Shown here: positions 31,986 to 42,332 of the stretch, piece by piece
Layout of the letters: every line of letters begins with the position of its first letter
How positions within the stretch are numbered: position 1 is the stretch's first letter
Source: an uncultured bacterium
GTDB lineage: Bacteria; Patescibacteriota; Minisyncoccia; UBA6257; GWB1-50-10
Reading direction: 5' to 3'
Length of the DNA stretch: 64,000 bases
NCBI GenBank assembly: GCA_903847915.1
Contig: CAINEW010000022.1
Coordinates: forward strand, 1,268-65,267
The notes under the pieces: generated by a model
Database searches by the model: none
The model's input: the letters and a program-made list of their open reading frames with translations, nothing else
Told to the model about the DNA's origin: nothing
Translations under genes and position numbers: made by a program

Positions 31986-33125
31986 TTAAAGATTCAAATT
32001 CCCATTCGCTTTCATAGGATACTTCTTCTTTTGTAAATAAGCGATGTGGCCTGCAACACCAATCATGGCGGCATTGTCCGTGTTATATTCCATCGCGGGC
32101 GCAAAAAATCGTGCGCCTATTTTTTTACTTGCAGATTCAAGTTGTGTGCGCAGTGCTTTGTTGGCCGCAACGCCTCCGGAGAGCATTACCGAGCGTGCAC
32201 AATAGTGTTCTGCGGCACGAATCGTTTTTTTAATTAATGTTTCACATGCGGCTTCTTGAAAACTTGCAGCAACATCATTCATATTTGCCTTTGGGTGATC
32301 ACGAAGATAATAAAGTACGGCAGTTTTGAGTCCCGAAAAACTGAAACGGAAATTCTTTTCATGCATCAAAGGGCGTGGGAAGGGAATCGCGTGAGAACTG
32401 CCTTTCTGTGCTGATTTTTCAATTTCGGGGCCTCCGGGATAGGGGAGGTTTAACATCCGCGCCACCTTATCAAATGCTTCGCCGACCGCATCGTCCACCG
32501 TCTCACCAAGTTTGTGTACGTGATAGAGCGAATCCATTTTGAGGAGAATAGTATGTCCTCCACTTACAATAAGCGCGATGGCAGGAAATAGTTTGATGTT
32601 GTTCGTTATAGTTTTTTGATCTTTTGTTTTGTGAGGCAACAAAAAACTATAAAGATGACCCTCTAAATGATTGGCGCCCACAAGTTTTATTTTTTTATTT
32701 TTAATCTTTAATTTCTTATAAATCTCTTTTACAAATCCAATGCCTGTCCACAGCGCGGGCTCAAGTCCGGGACCAACGGTGACCGCAATCAAGTCAGGAA
32801 CAAATTTCGAATTTGTAATGTTGAATTTTGATTGATTTTTTAATTTAGAATTCTTTAATTCATTCGAAATTGGAAATTCCTTGCCCGTCGAAGTCTTGAC
32901 GAAGGTGGGAGAATTCAAAATTTTCTCATAAAGAATCGGAAGATTTTTTAAATGTTCTCGTTTTGCCAAATTAGGCACCACGCCACCAAAAGGGCGGTGA
33001 ATCGCAATTTGCGAAGACACAAAATTTTCTAACACGGTATATTTTGGCGCGTGATTCGTTCCCGCTGTTTTAAGAAGCGCTATTGAAGTTTCGTCACATG
33101 ATGTCTCAATGGCTAAAATGTTCAT
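31986..33125 (-). CDS. tsaD: tRNA N6-threonylcarbamoyladenosine transferase TsaD
   Basis: ILAIETSCDETS, HLEGH, VSGGHT, GEAFDKVA, TDNAAMIG. Confidence 0.97.
   Translation of the reverse strand: MNILAIETSCDETSIALLKTAGTNHAPKYTVLENFVSSQIAIHRPFGGVVPNLAKREHLKNLPILYEKILNSPTFVKTSTGKEFPISNELKNSKLKNQSKFNITNSKFVPDLIAVTVGPGLEPALWTGIGFVKEIYKKLKIKNKKIKLVGANHLEGHLYSFLLPHKTKDQKTITNNIKLFPAIALIVSGGHTILLKMDSLYHVHKLGETVDDAVGEAFDKVARMLNLPYPGGPEIEKSAQKGSSHAIPFPRPLMHEKNFRFSFSGLKTAVLYYLRDHPKANMNDVAASFQEAACETLIKKTIRAAEHYCARSVMLSGGVAANKALRTQLESASKKIGARFFAPAMEYNTDNAAMIGVAGHIAYLQKKKYPMKANGNLNL
32880..32909 (-). repeat. 30-bp palindromic element in-frame in tsaD
   Basis: CCCACCTTCGTCAAGACTTCGACGGGCAAG (PTFVKTSTGK); 26/30 identical to the leuS insert. 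Confidence 0.85.
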
Positions 33126-33133
33126 AAATAGTA

Positions 33134-33255
33134 TGAGGTCTTTACCCCGTCACCAAAAGAATATTTTTTATATTCACACTTCGGCGAAAGCCGTAAAGTG
33201 ATATTCTTTTTGGTGCGGGGTTATCACATGAGGTTTCAATTGCAAGGATTATCAT
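33134..33255 (-). pseudogene. disrupted 5' stub of a second tsaD allele containing an 80-bp hairpin element
   Basis: Encodes MIILAIETSCD-[33143..33222 hairpin]-KTS. Confidence 0.85.
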
Positions 33256-33354
33256 AGAAGAATACTAGCAAAAATAAGTGTATTGATAAATACCATAAAA
33301 GCGTTACATTGTATAACGCTTTATTTTTTTATATAAAGAGTATAAAGTAGGGCT

Positions 33355-33756
33355 ATGATTACTACCTTATTTGTATTCGGGGATTGGGCGCTTTTTGCGC
33401 TTCGGGTCGTGTTGGGGGCAATTATGATTACACACGGATGGCAGAAAGCGAAAGGAATTAAGGGCACCGCAGGATGGCTCGGCTCGCTAGGATTTAAGCC
33501 CGCAATAATGTGGGCGTATATCGCGACATATGTAGAATTATTAGGGGGATTATGTCTTGTGTTTGGATTTCTCACACAATATGCCTCAATTCTCATTGCG
33601 CTCCAATTTATTGTCATTCTTTTAAAAATCAAAAAGTTTCAAAAATTCATGGGCGAAGGGGGTTACGAACTTGATCTCTTAATTCTTGTGGGGATGTTAG
33701 TACTTCTTACGGTAGGAAGTGGGGCGCTTTCATTAGATACCACACTTTTCTTTTAA
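33355..33756 (+). CDS. DoxX family membrane protein
   Basis: LRVVLG...HGWQK, ELLGGL...G, GGYELDL. Confidence 0.9.
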   Translation: MITTLFVFGDWALFALRVVLGAIMITHGWQKAKGIKGTAGWLGSLGFKPAIMWAYIATYVELLGGLCLVFGFLTQYASILIALQFIVILLKIKKFQKFMGEGGYELDLLILVGMLVLLTVGSGALSLDTTLFF

Positions 33757-33785
33757 TATTTATGTGCGCTCTATAAAAATAGAGC

Positions 33786-35300
33786 GTGCGTTTCTTTATG
33801 ACACGTTTTTTTGAAATGCTTCCTGCGATAAGTTCGTGGGGAACATTACTTATTCTTATTTTTTTTTCATGGCAAGCACCTGCATGGGTCGCGGTCTTTA
33901 TCGTGCTCTACGATCTCTATTGGTTTTTAAAAACGCTCTATCTTTTTTTCTATTTACGCTATTCCTTTAAAACGCTCAAAGTGCATACAGCAATGGATTG
34001 GCGCGCACGCCTTATTGGCGAGCAGTTGAAATGGGAACATCTTCACCATCTCATCATCCTTCCAATGTATCATGAGCCGTATGAAGTGGTGCGAGAAACG
34101 TTTCAAGATCTTGCGCGTACGAATTATCCGCGTGAAAAAATGCACGTGGTGCTCGCGACCGAAGAGCGAGGAGGGGAGAATGATATAAAAACTGCGGAAC
34201 GTATCGCGCAAGAATTTGGTAACATCTTCGGGGGATTTTTAGTGACCGTGCATCCGAAAGATATTGAAGGCGAACTTCCCGGAAAAGGATCAAATGAAAC
34301 CTATGCGGCACGTGAAGCGGTGCGGGTATTGATTGACGCGAATCATATTGCGTATGAAGAGGTATTGGTTTCCGTGTTTGATAGTGACACGCGCGCAGGA
34401 CGGGAATATTTCGGTGTGCTTGCGTACCATTTTCTCACCGCGCCACACCCGATGCGTTCCAGTTATCAACCCGTGCCACTGTTTGTTAATCGGATTTATA
34501 GTGTACCTCTTTTTGCGCGCCTCATTTCATTTTCCGCAAGTTTTTGGCAATTTATGCAACAAGCGCGCCCCGAGCAGCTCGTCACTTTTTCATCACATAG
34601 TATGCCTTTGAAGCCACTTATAGAAATTGGTTTTTGGCATACAGGGATGGTTTCAGAGGATTCGCGCATTTTTTTTCAATGTTTTATTCATTACAAAGGT
34701 GACTGGCGCGCCGTCCCTCTTTTTTATCCTGTGGAAATGGATCCAGTGGATGGTACTACGGCGTGGGAGACATTAAAAAATCTCTACAAACAACAGCGAC
34801 GATGGGCATGGGGGGTGGAAAATATTCCCTATGTACTCACCTCGTTTGTAAAAGAAAAAGGAATCGCGTTCAGAAAAAAGTGTTATTGGGTGTGGCTTCT
34901 CTTTGATGGATTTCATTCGTGGGCAACGAGCTCGTTTATCATTTTTCTTTTTGGTGTATTGCCAAATATTATCGGAGGAGAGGTGTTTACCACCAGTGTG
35001 CTTTCTTATAACCTCCCGCGTCTCACCGGCACGCTCATTAATATGAGCGTGATTGGGATTGTGACTTCAGCGCTCTTAAGCGTAATTCTTATTCCTCCTC
35101 ATACACGCAAAGAGCCTCATCAACCCTATATTTATCTTTTTTATACTCTTCAATGGTTTCTCATTCCGATTACTTTTGTGATGTTTAGCGCGATTCCTGC
35201 GCTTGAGTCACAAACTCGTCTTATGTTAGGAGGAAAATTTCGTCTTGGATTTTGGAAAACGCCAAAAAGAGAATTGAGAGAAGCGCCACGGGAGGCGTAA
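33786..35300 (+). CDS. GT2-family membrane glycosyltransferase
   Basis: LPMYHE, GKGSN, FDSD, SEDSR, QQRRW motifs; flanking TMs. Confidence 0.88.
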   Translation: MRFFMTRFFEMLPAISSWGTLLILIFFSWQAPAWVAVFIVLYDLYWFLKTLYLFFYLRYSFKTLKVHTAMDWRARLIGEQLKWEHLHHLIILPMYHEPYEVVRETFQDLARTNYPREKMHVVLATEERGGENDIKTAERIAQEFGNIFGGFLVTVHPKDIEGELPGKGSNETYAAREAVRVLIDANHIAYEEVLVSVFDSDTRAGREYFGVLAYHFLTAPHPMRSSYQPVPLFVNRIYSVPLFARLISFSASFWQFMQQARPEQLVTFSSHSMPLKPLIEIGFWHTGMVSEDSRIFFQCFIHYKGDWRAVPLFYPVEMDPVDGTTAWETLKNLYKQQRRWAWGVENIPYVLTSFVKEKGIAFRKKCYWVWLLFDGFHSWATSSFIIFLFGVLPNIIGGEVFTTSVLSYNLPRLTGTLINMSVIGIVTSALLSVILIPPHTRKEPHQPYIYLFYTLQWFLIPITFVMFSAIPALESQTRLMLGGKFRLGFWKTPKRELREAPREA

Positions 35301-35316
35301 GAGGTATAATAAACAT

Positions 35317-35853
35317 ATGAAAGAATATGTGGCGCAAGGGATCGTATTAGGAAGGCGTCCGCGAGGCATTGCGGATGAAACAATTGACCTTTTCACAAAA
35401 GAATTGGGGAGGATTGAAGTGCGTGCGGTAGGATCACGTCAGCCTCGCTCAAAATTTTCGTCACATCTTGATGTATTGAATTGCGTCCATATTCGCCTCG
35501 CACATAAAAGCGCCTATACACTCACCGACGCACTCACTTCAGCACGAGTACACGGAGGAACAAAAAAAGGCATCCGTCTTTTTACACTTCTTGAGTGTGC
35601 CTATGCGCTTCGTCACCTTCTTGCATTTGCGATGCCTGACGCACGGGTATGGTATTATCTTCGCGATATGATTCAAAAAGGTGGAGGAACTATTCGTGCA
35701 TTTCTTGTGCTCCTTGGTTATAACCCACTCCATGCATCATGTATCCACTGTAAGGCAAAAAAAGTGGCGTGGTTTGATTGCGCGAATCATAACTTTGTAT
35801 GTGCAACGTGTGCTACCAGAATTTCTCAAAATACGTTAATCTATATTCTATAA
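35317..35853 (+). CDS. recO: DNA repair protein RecO (short)
   Basis: GIVL...GIADE..DLFTKELGRI N-terminal OB fold; C-terminal CxxC...CxxC. Confidence 0.85.
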   Translation: MKEYVAQGIVLGRRPRGIADETIDLFTKELGRIEVRAVGSRQPRSKFSSHLDVLNCVHIRLAHKSAYTLTDALTSARVHGGTKKGIRLFTLLECAYALRHLLAFAMPDARVWYYLRDMIQKGGGTIRAFLVLLGYNPLHASCIHCKAKKVAWFDCANHNFVCATCATRISQNTLIYIL

Positions 35854-35854
35854 T

Positions 35855-37645
35855 ATGCAACACGAACAAGAAGCTACTCCTTCGTCATGGGGAGATGAAG
35901 CGCAAAAATATTCACCTTCACTTTTTAGTCATAAGGGAATCTGGATAGGGATGAGTGTGGTAGCACTTTTAGTTATTGGAGGAGGATTGATAATGTTTCG
36001 CGGAGGGAGTACACAAGATCAATCAATAACCCTTTCACTTCACGGTGCCGATAAAGTGGCGCGTGGTGTACCATTTGATCTTGAAGTGGCGATGCAAAAC
36101 ATAGGCCAAAGTGCAGTGCGTGATGCAATTATTCGCTTAAATCTTCCCGCATCAGTAATTGCGCTTAACGCGCTAGGACAACAGTCAATGATCGTGAACG
36201 ATTCGCTGGGTGATATTGGTGGAGGGACCACCGCAAAAAGAGTATTCACACTAGTCGCAGTGGGGGAAGTGCGTAGCGTAGCGTCTCTTGAGGCAACACT
36301 CTCGTATACCAAAGAAGGAAAAAATCGTTTTGAAGCCACAGAAAAAAAAGAATTAACGATTAAAGAATCCGCCATTCGTCTTGAGGTTTCGGCGCCAGAT
36401 CATGTAGTGCTCGGCTCTCAATTTACCGTGACAGTGAATTATCAAAATGCAGAAGATTTTAATTTTCAAGGAGTGACGCTCCAAGCAGAATATCCTTCTG
36501 CGTTCAAGTTTATATCAGCAAGTTTTTCGCCCGACTCATTAAATAATTATTGGCGTCTTGGAGAATTACGAAAAGGATCAAAAGGAGAATTACAAATAAA
36601 AGGATCGCTTGAAGGGACGAGTGAAACAACGGTCGGAATGCCGATCAAGCTTTCGGTGCGTTTTGGGAGTACGGATTATATACTTGCAGAATCACATCTT
36701 TCAATCGCCTTAGCGCCTCCACCAATTACACTGACCACAAACGTCAATGGAAGAGATGATTATGTGGCACGTGTGGGAGATCGTCTTATCTATAGAATCC
36801 ATTATGAAAATAAAAGTGGTATTGCCCTTGCCGACGCAGTAATAAAAACAGAGTTAATGGGCGAACTATTTGATGTAGGGACTCTTTCCACAAATGGAGA
36901 TATCAATCTTCAATCACGCACTATTATATGGAATGCGTCAAAAGTGCCTGCGCTCAAAACAATTGATCCGGGGAGTTCGGGAGATGTGGGATTTGAAATC
37001 AATCTCTTATCTACATTTCCGCTTAAACGGTTAAGTGATAAAAATTATCTCGTACGTATGCGCGCGACTATGGAGTCGCCTTCAGTGCCGTATTATCTCA
37101 CTGCCTCAAAAACCACCGCGTCAATGCTTTCTGAAATAAAAGTAGCGGGGCTTATCAGTGTAGATGCGCAAGCATTCTATCGTGATCTTGCCGCATTTGT
37201 AGTCAATAAAGGAACAATGCCTCCGAAGGTGGGAATGCCAACAGAATACACCGTGCACTGGAATGTGCGTAATTATGGTACGGACGTAAGTCAGGTAGTT
37301 CTTCGAGCAACTCTTGCAAGCGGGGTGCGTTTTGTGGGAGCGGTGAAAAGTACGAACGATGTGGTTCCCCTTTACAACGAAAACACTCAAGAAGTTTCAT
37401 GGACAATTCCTACAGTGCTCGCAGGGCGGGGAGTGGTAGGGAGCCCACTCGAGGCAGTGTTCAAAATAGAGGCAACGCCCTCGGCAAATCAAGTGGGACA
37501 ATTTCAGCCATTGATGGGAGAAACGATATTGACCGCTACCGATTCGTTCACTGAAAGCAATCTTACGGCGCGTGACGTAGGGCTTACGACCGCCTTGCCA
37601 GATGATACCACAATAGGGCAAGATGGAGGGAAAGTAGTGCAATAA
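35855..37645 (+). CDS. membrane-anchored protein with repeated Ig-like (DUF11-like) domains
   Basis: One TM, then repeats of V.Y.N...L...P...WxLG/WxI. Confidence 0.75.
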   Translation: MQHEQEATPSSWGDEAQKYSPSLFSHKGIWIGMSVVALLVIGGGLIMFRGGSTQDQSITLSLHGADKVARGVPFDLEVAMQNIGQSAVRDAIIRLNLPASVIALNALGQQSMIVNDSLGDIGGGTTAKRVFTLVAVGEVRSVASLEATLSYTKEGKNRFEATEKKELTIKESAIRLEVSAPDHVVLGSQFTVTVNYQNAEDFNFQGVTLQAEYPSAFKFISASFSPDSLNNYWRLGELRKGSKGELQIKGSLEGTSETTVGMPIKLSVRFGSTDYILAESHLSIALAPPPITLTTNVNGRDDYVARVGDRLIYRIHYENKSGIALADAVIKTELMGELFDVGTLSTNGDINLQSRTIIWNASKVPALKTIDPGSSGDVGFEINLLSTFPLKRLSDKNYLVRMRATMESPSVPYYLTASKTTASMLSEIKVAGLISVDAQAFYRDLAAFVVNKGTMPPKVGMPTEYTVHWNVRNYGTDVSQVVLRATLASGVRFVGAVKSTNDVVPLYNENTQEVSWTIPTVLAGRGVVGSPLEAVFKIEATPSANQVGQFQPLMGETILTATDSFTESNLTARDVGLTTALPDDTTIGQDGGKVVQ

Positions 37646-37651
37646 ATAAAT

Positions 37652-38770
37652 ATGTTCATAGATAAAAAACAACTTTCTTTCACAATTCTCGCACTTTGGG
37701 TATTAGTAGTGCTTATTTTTATTACGCCCAAAAACCAATCAAATATTTTTCTAGAAATAAATCCTAATGGAACAAAAATACTTCAATCTATCACAGATGA
37801 AAATAATAATCAAAAAAATTCTTTACAATCAGAAAAAAAAGAATGGATAAATTTAAAAGAAGAAGATTGTGTGATGAATCATGAAGTCACGACATATAAA
37901 AATAATGTAATCAAATTTAATATCACATTACCAAAAAACTGGTGCGTCCCTCTGTCTTCTCAAAATATTGAACCATCTTTTTATTATAATTGTTATGACG
38001 AAGAAAATTATTCAAAGCGTATTCATGAAAATTCTCGTTATTATTGTGAAACAAAAATAAGCGTTATGGGTGAAAAATACACCCCGTTTAAAGAAAATAA
38101 GGAAGTAGTAACATTAGGAAATTTACTTATAGAAAAAAGAAAAATTTATTCTGGATTTAATTACATCACACTATTTCAAAAAGAAAAAAGAACTCTTTTT
38201 ATTGAGTCAAACAACGATAGTATTATCGAGGAAAGTCTCTTAAGGAAAAGTATTGAAGAAATCTTTTAACAAAATATTGTTTTAATTCCTGATAAGGAGG
38301 AAGAATCTTACTCAAATGAAAAATATGGATTTAGTATAAAATATCCTGGTCATTATGCTCTGGTTAATGAAGTAAATTACAGCGCTCCTCAAACTGATTG
38401 GCAGGTATTTAGTGTTCATTTTATAACTCCAGAACAAGCAAAAAATTATTTCGGGAGGAGTGGTATAAATATCGCAGTGAGCACGCTAAGTTCTCATACC
38501 ACACCAGATCAATACTTTAAAGATAGAGAACAAAAATGTCGATCTCTTGCGTCTTCGTCAGAATACGAATCATATGATCCAGATGATTGTATTTCAGCAT
38601 CAAGTTATATAATAATAAAAAATTCACCACCGTCTTATAGATTGAACGAAGAAGGATTTAACGATGTGTCTGTATTTGGCAAGAACTATGTTTATGAGAT
38701 TTCTGGTGGTCGAGAGGATGAAAATGCGGTAGATTATATCTATAAGCATTTTGAATTAACTTCTGAATAA
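37652..38770 (+). pseudogene. two-domain extracellular protein split by one in-frame TAA
   Basis: ORF 37652..38269 continues in the same frame without stops from 38270 to 38770 (YSNEKYGFSIKYP domain). Confidence 0.6.
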
Positions 38771-38776
38771 TATTAT

Positions 38777-40075
38777 ATGGATCTTTTTGAGAAAATAACT
38801 TCATTAGCGAAACGGCGCGGATTTGTGTATCCGGGTTCAGAAATTTATGGAGGATTCGCAGGCACATGGGATTACGGCCCACTTGGCGTAGAACTAAAAC
38901 GCAATATCAAAAACGAGTTTTGGAAAAATATGGTGACGATGCGGGAAAATATTGTAGGACTTGATGCGGCGATTGTGATGCACCCGCGCGTGTGGGAAGC
39001 ATCAGGTCATGTGGAATCGTTTGCAGATCCGCTTGTAGAATGTAAAAAATGCCATAAGCGTTTTCGCGCAGATCAAGTGGGGGAGAAATGCGGAGAATGT
39101 GGAGGCGAGTTCACTGGAGCAAAACAATTTAATTTATTGATGGAAACTGCCGTGGGGGTAGTGGAGGGATCAAAACAAAAAACATATTTACGCGGAGAAA
39201 TCACACAAGGGGTGCACGTCAATTTCAAAAATGTGGTGGACTCTACGCGCGTGAAGATTCCTTTTGGAATTGCGCAAGTCGGGAAGGCATTTCGCAACGA
39301 AATCACCCCGGGACAATTTACTTTCCGCTCACGAGAGTTTGAGCAAATGGAAGTGCAATTTTATGTGCCCCGCGACGATCAAAAATCAATGGAATGGTTT
39401 GAGTATTGGAAAGAGGAGCGTAAAAGTTGGTATGAATCGTTGGGGATGAGAAAAGAAAATCTCCGTTTCAAAGATCACGAAGCACTTGCACACTATGCGC
39501 GTGCTGCCTGCGATATTGAATATAACGTGGGAGATGATTGGAAAGAAATGGAAGGCATTCATCATCGGGGTGATTGGGATTTGCGCCGTCATCAAGAGTT
39601 TTCAAAACAGGATTTGACCTATTTTGATGATGCGACAAAAGAAAATTATTTGCCGTATGTGATTGAAACATCGGGTGGGGTAGATCGCGCAACTCTCTTC
39701 TTTTTAATGGACGCCTATCACGAAGAAGAAGTGAAAGAAGGAGAAATGCGCACAGTGCTAAAACTTCATCCAAAACTCGCGCCTTACAAAGCAGCGGTAT
39801 TTCCTCTGCTCGCGAATAAACCAGAACTCACTGAATGCGCGCAAAAGATATACAAAGAGTTACAGAAGTCATTTATGGTGACATGGGATGATAGAGGTAA
39901 TATAGGCAAGCGTTACCGTGCACAAGATGAAATCGGCACGCCTTATTGCGTTACGGTAGATTTCGATAGTTTGGAAAAGGGAGATGTAACCGTACGTGAC
40001 AGAGATACAATGCAACAAGAAAGGGTAAAAATATCAGAACTAGAAAATTATCTTCACAAAAAGATAGCTCTATAA
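38777..40075 (+). CDS. glyQS: glycine--tRNA ligase (alpha2 type)
   Basis: EIYGG, DYGPLG, FRNEITP, REFEQME, GNIGKRYRAQDEIGTPY. Confidence 0.97.
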   Translation: MDLFEKITSLAKRRGFVYPGSEIYGGFAGTWDYGPLGVELKRNIKNEFWKNMVTMRENIVGLDAAIVMHPRVWEASGHVESFADPLVECKKCHKRFRADQVGEKCGECGGEFTGAKQFNLLMETAVGVVEGSKQKTYLRGEITQGVHVNFKNVVDSTRVKIPFGIAQVGKAFRNEITPGQFTFRSREFEQMEVQFYVPRDDQKSMEWFEYWKEERKSWYESLGMRKENLRFKDHEALAHYARAACDIEYNVGDDWKEMEGIHHRGDWDLRRHQEFSKQDLTYFDDATKENYLPYVIETSGGVDRATLFFLMDAYHEEEVKEGEMRTVLKLHPKLAPYKAAVFPLLANKPELTECAQKIYKELQKSFMVTWDDRGNIGKRYRAQDEIGTPYCVTVDFDSLEKGDVTVRDRDTMQQERVKISELENYLHKKIAL

Positions 40076-40134
40076 TAAAAGAACGCCCCTAAGGGGCTGT
40101 TTCTTTTTTTAAATCAACAGGGTATGATAAAACT

Positions 40135-40971
40135 ATGCAAAAAAGAAGGGTAAAAGGAATAATAACTCTTGTGGTGACATTGATTATTCCTTTATTAGGT
40201 GTAGCAAAAACAAGCCTTCCTCCAACAGTGACAGAAAAAGAAGGCGTCATAACCGTCGATCCTCTTGCGCCCATCGTAACTCTTGAAGAAAAGAAAGACA
40301 TACAGGTCAATCCAAATTGCGACACAAGAATGCTTTTCTGTGCTGATCCCACAATATGGTTTTTAGAGGTGAAAATAAAAAATACAAAACAATTAGCGAT
40401 AGCAGGGACTATTAATTGGGGAAGAGGAGAACAAGATAGTACGCCTTTTCCATGGCATGAGGGGGCAAACATAATTAGAATTCCTTATCCCTATCGCTTA
40501 GTAGATAGTGGTGCCAAAACAATTACAGTAAACCTAAAGAGTGTTGACGAAAAGGGAAATGAACACAGTGCAAATCAAGCCACACAAACTGTCACAATAA
40601 GCCCAAAGAAAGAAAACAAAAACTCAACAATACGTCTTATCGCGCCTAATGGAAAAGAAAGATGGCGCGCGGGAACAACGCATACAATAAGATGGAGCGT
40701 TGAAAAAACGATAAATAAAAATCAAAAAATCTCTCTCCTACTTCTTAAAAGTGACGATACCTCTCAAATACTTTTTGAGAATCTTAAAAACAATGGTACT
40801 CAACAGTGGAAGATCCCTAAAACCATCGCCCCGGGAAATTATACTATCCGTCTCCAGTGCACACTTGAAAATGTTTCATGTGGAGAAGACGTAAGCGACG
40901 CCTCGTTCCAAATCACCGCCCCACTTTCAGGATTGCTCATTGAAGCATTTGAATCCATTTTCGGAAAATAA
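40135..40971 (+). CDS. secreted protein with Ig-like (Kre9/KNH-like) C-terminal domain
   Basis: Signal peptide; APNGKERWRAGTTHTIRW...W.IP...PGNY.IR...DVSDASFQI. Confidence 0.7.
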   Translation: MQKRRVKGIITLVVTLIIPLLGVAKTSLPPTVTEKEGVITVDPLAPIVTLEEKKDIQVNPNCDTRMLFCADPTIWFLEVKIKNTKQLAIAGTINWGRGEQDSTPFPWHEGANIIRIPYPYRLVDSGAKTITVNLKSVDEKGNEHSANQATQTVTISPKKENKNSTIRLIAPNGKERWRAGTTHTIRWSVEKTINKNQKISLLLLKSDDTSQILFENLKNNGTQQWKIPKTIAPGNYTIRLQCTLENVSCGEDVSDASFQITAPLSGLLIEAFESIFGK

Positions 40972-41049
40972 CCCCTACATTAACACAAAACAAAAACAGC
41001 ACATAACACAAGTTGCTGTTTTTGATTGTGTCTTCTATGATGGGTGCAT

Positions 41050-42330
41050 ATGGCAACAAAAAAGATAACAGCGAAGCGGATGATATTAAAGAATGGGATG
41101 CGAGTCATTGTAGTGCCCCTTAAAGAGAGTTTGGCGACGACGGTGATGGTGCTTGTAGAAGCAGGATCAAAATATGAGCAAAAACGTATCAGCGGAATTT
41201 CTCATTTTTTGGAGCATATGTGTTTCAAGGGCACAGAAAAACGTCCGCGTCCGATTGATATTGCGGGAGAATTGGATGGATTGGGGGCTGAATATAATGC
41301 ATTTACGACAGAAGAGTACACAAGCTATTTTGTAAAAGGAAATAATAATATCGCCTCGCGCGGGTTAGAAATCGTGGCGGATATGTATCTCCACTCCACA
41401 TTCCCCGATGCGGAAATTGAAAAAGAAAAAGGAGTGATTGTAGAAGAGATTAATATGTATGAAGATAACCCACGATGGAAAGTGCAGGAATTGTTTATGA
41501 AATTGGTGTATGGCGATCAGCCCGCAGGATGGGGTGTGGCAGGCAACAAAGAAATGATTAAAAAAATGACACGAGACGACTTTCTTGCCTATCGCAAGCT
41601 ACACTATTGTCCGCAGGCAACGACAATGGTGGTTGCAGGAGGATTTAATGAGCGCGCAATCACAAAGGAAATTGAGCGGTATTTCGGAAGCGTCGCGCGA
41701 AGGAAAAAAGGAGGCAAATTAAAAGTAATTGAAGCGCAAAAAACACCACAGGAAAAAGTCCATTTCAAAGAATCCGACCAAACACATCTTATGATGGGGT
41801 ATCGAGCGTTTAGCGCGCACGACAAACGTCGGTATACACTTGAGGTGCTTGCCAACATTCTTGGGGGCACTATGAGCTCGCGATTATTCCAAGTGATTCG
41901 TGAGGAAATGGGTGCGGCGTATTATGTGAGCGCAGGAACTGATGCCTATTCAGATCACGGGCTTTTGATGATGCGTGCGGGTGTGCAACATGCAAAAGTA
42001 AAAGACGTAATTCGTGCGGGACTTAAAGAATTTCAAAAATTAACGAAAGAAAAAGTAACAAAAGAAGAATTAAATCGCGCGAAAGATAATCTAGTGGGGC
42101 ACCTTTTCCTTTCGCTAGAAACGTCAGACGAAATTGGCTATTACTACGGGGGACAAGAGGTGATGGGAATGAAATTAGAGAATCCATACGATCTTGTAAA
42201 GAAAATAAAAGCGGTCACCGCAGAAGATATCCAAAAAGTTGCAAAAAAGATCATTCGCCCAGAGGGGCTCAATCTCGCAGTTATTGGTCCTTATAAAAAT
42301 ATATCGTTTCGTGATATACTAAAAGGATAA
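41050..42330 (+). CDS. M16 (pitrilysin) family peptidase
   Basis: Inverted zincin motif HFLEH, NAFT, SSRLF. Confidence 0.93.
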   Translation: MATKKITAKRMILKNGMRVIVVPLKESLATTVMVLVEAGSKYEQKRISGISHFLEHMCFKGTEKRPRPIDIAGELDGLGAEYNAFTTEEYTSYFVKGNNNIASRGLEIVADMYLHSTFPDAEIEKEKGVIVEEINMYEDNPRWKVQELFMKLVYGDQPAGWGVAGNKEMIKKMTRDDFLAYRKLHYCPQATTMVVAGGFNERAITKEIERYFGSVARRKKGGKLKVIEAQKTPQEKVHFKESDQTHLMMGYRAFSAHDKRRYTLEVLANILGGTMSSRLFQVIREEMGAAYYVSAGTDAYSDHGLLMMRAGVQHAKVKDVIRAGLKEFQKLTKEKVTKEELNRAKDNLVGHLFLSLETSDEIGYYYGGQEVMGMKLENPYDLVKKIKAVTAEDIQKVAKKIIRPEGLNLAVIGPYKNISFRDILKG

Positions 42331-42332
42331 TT

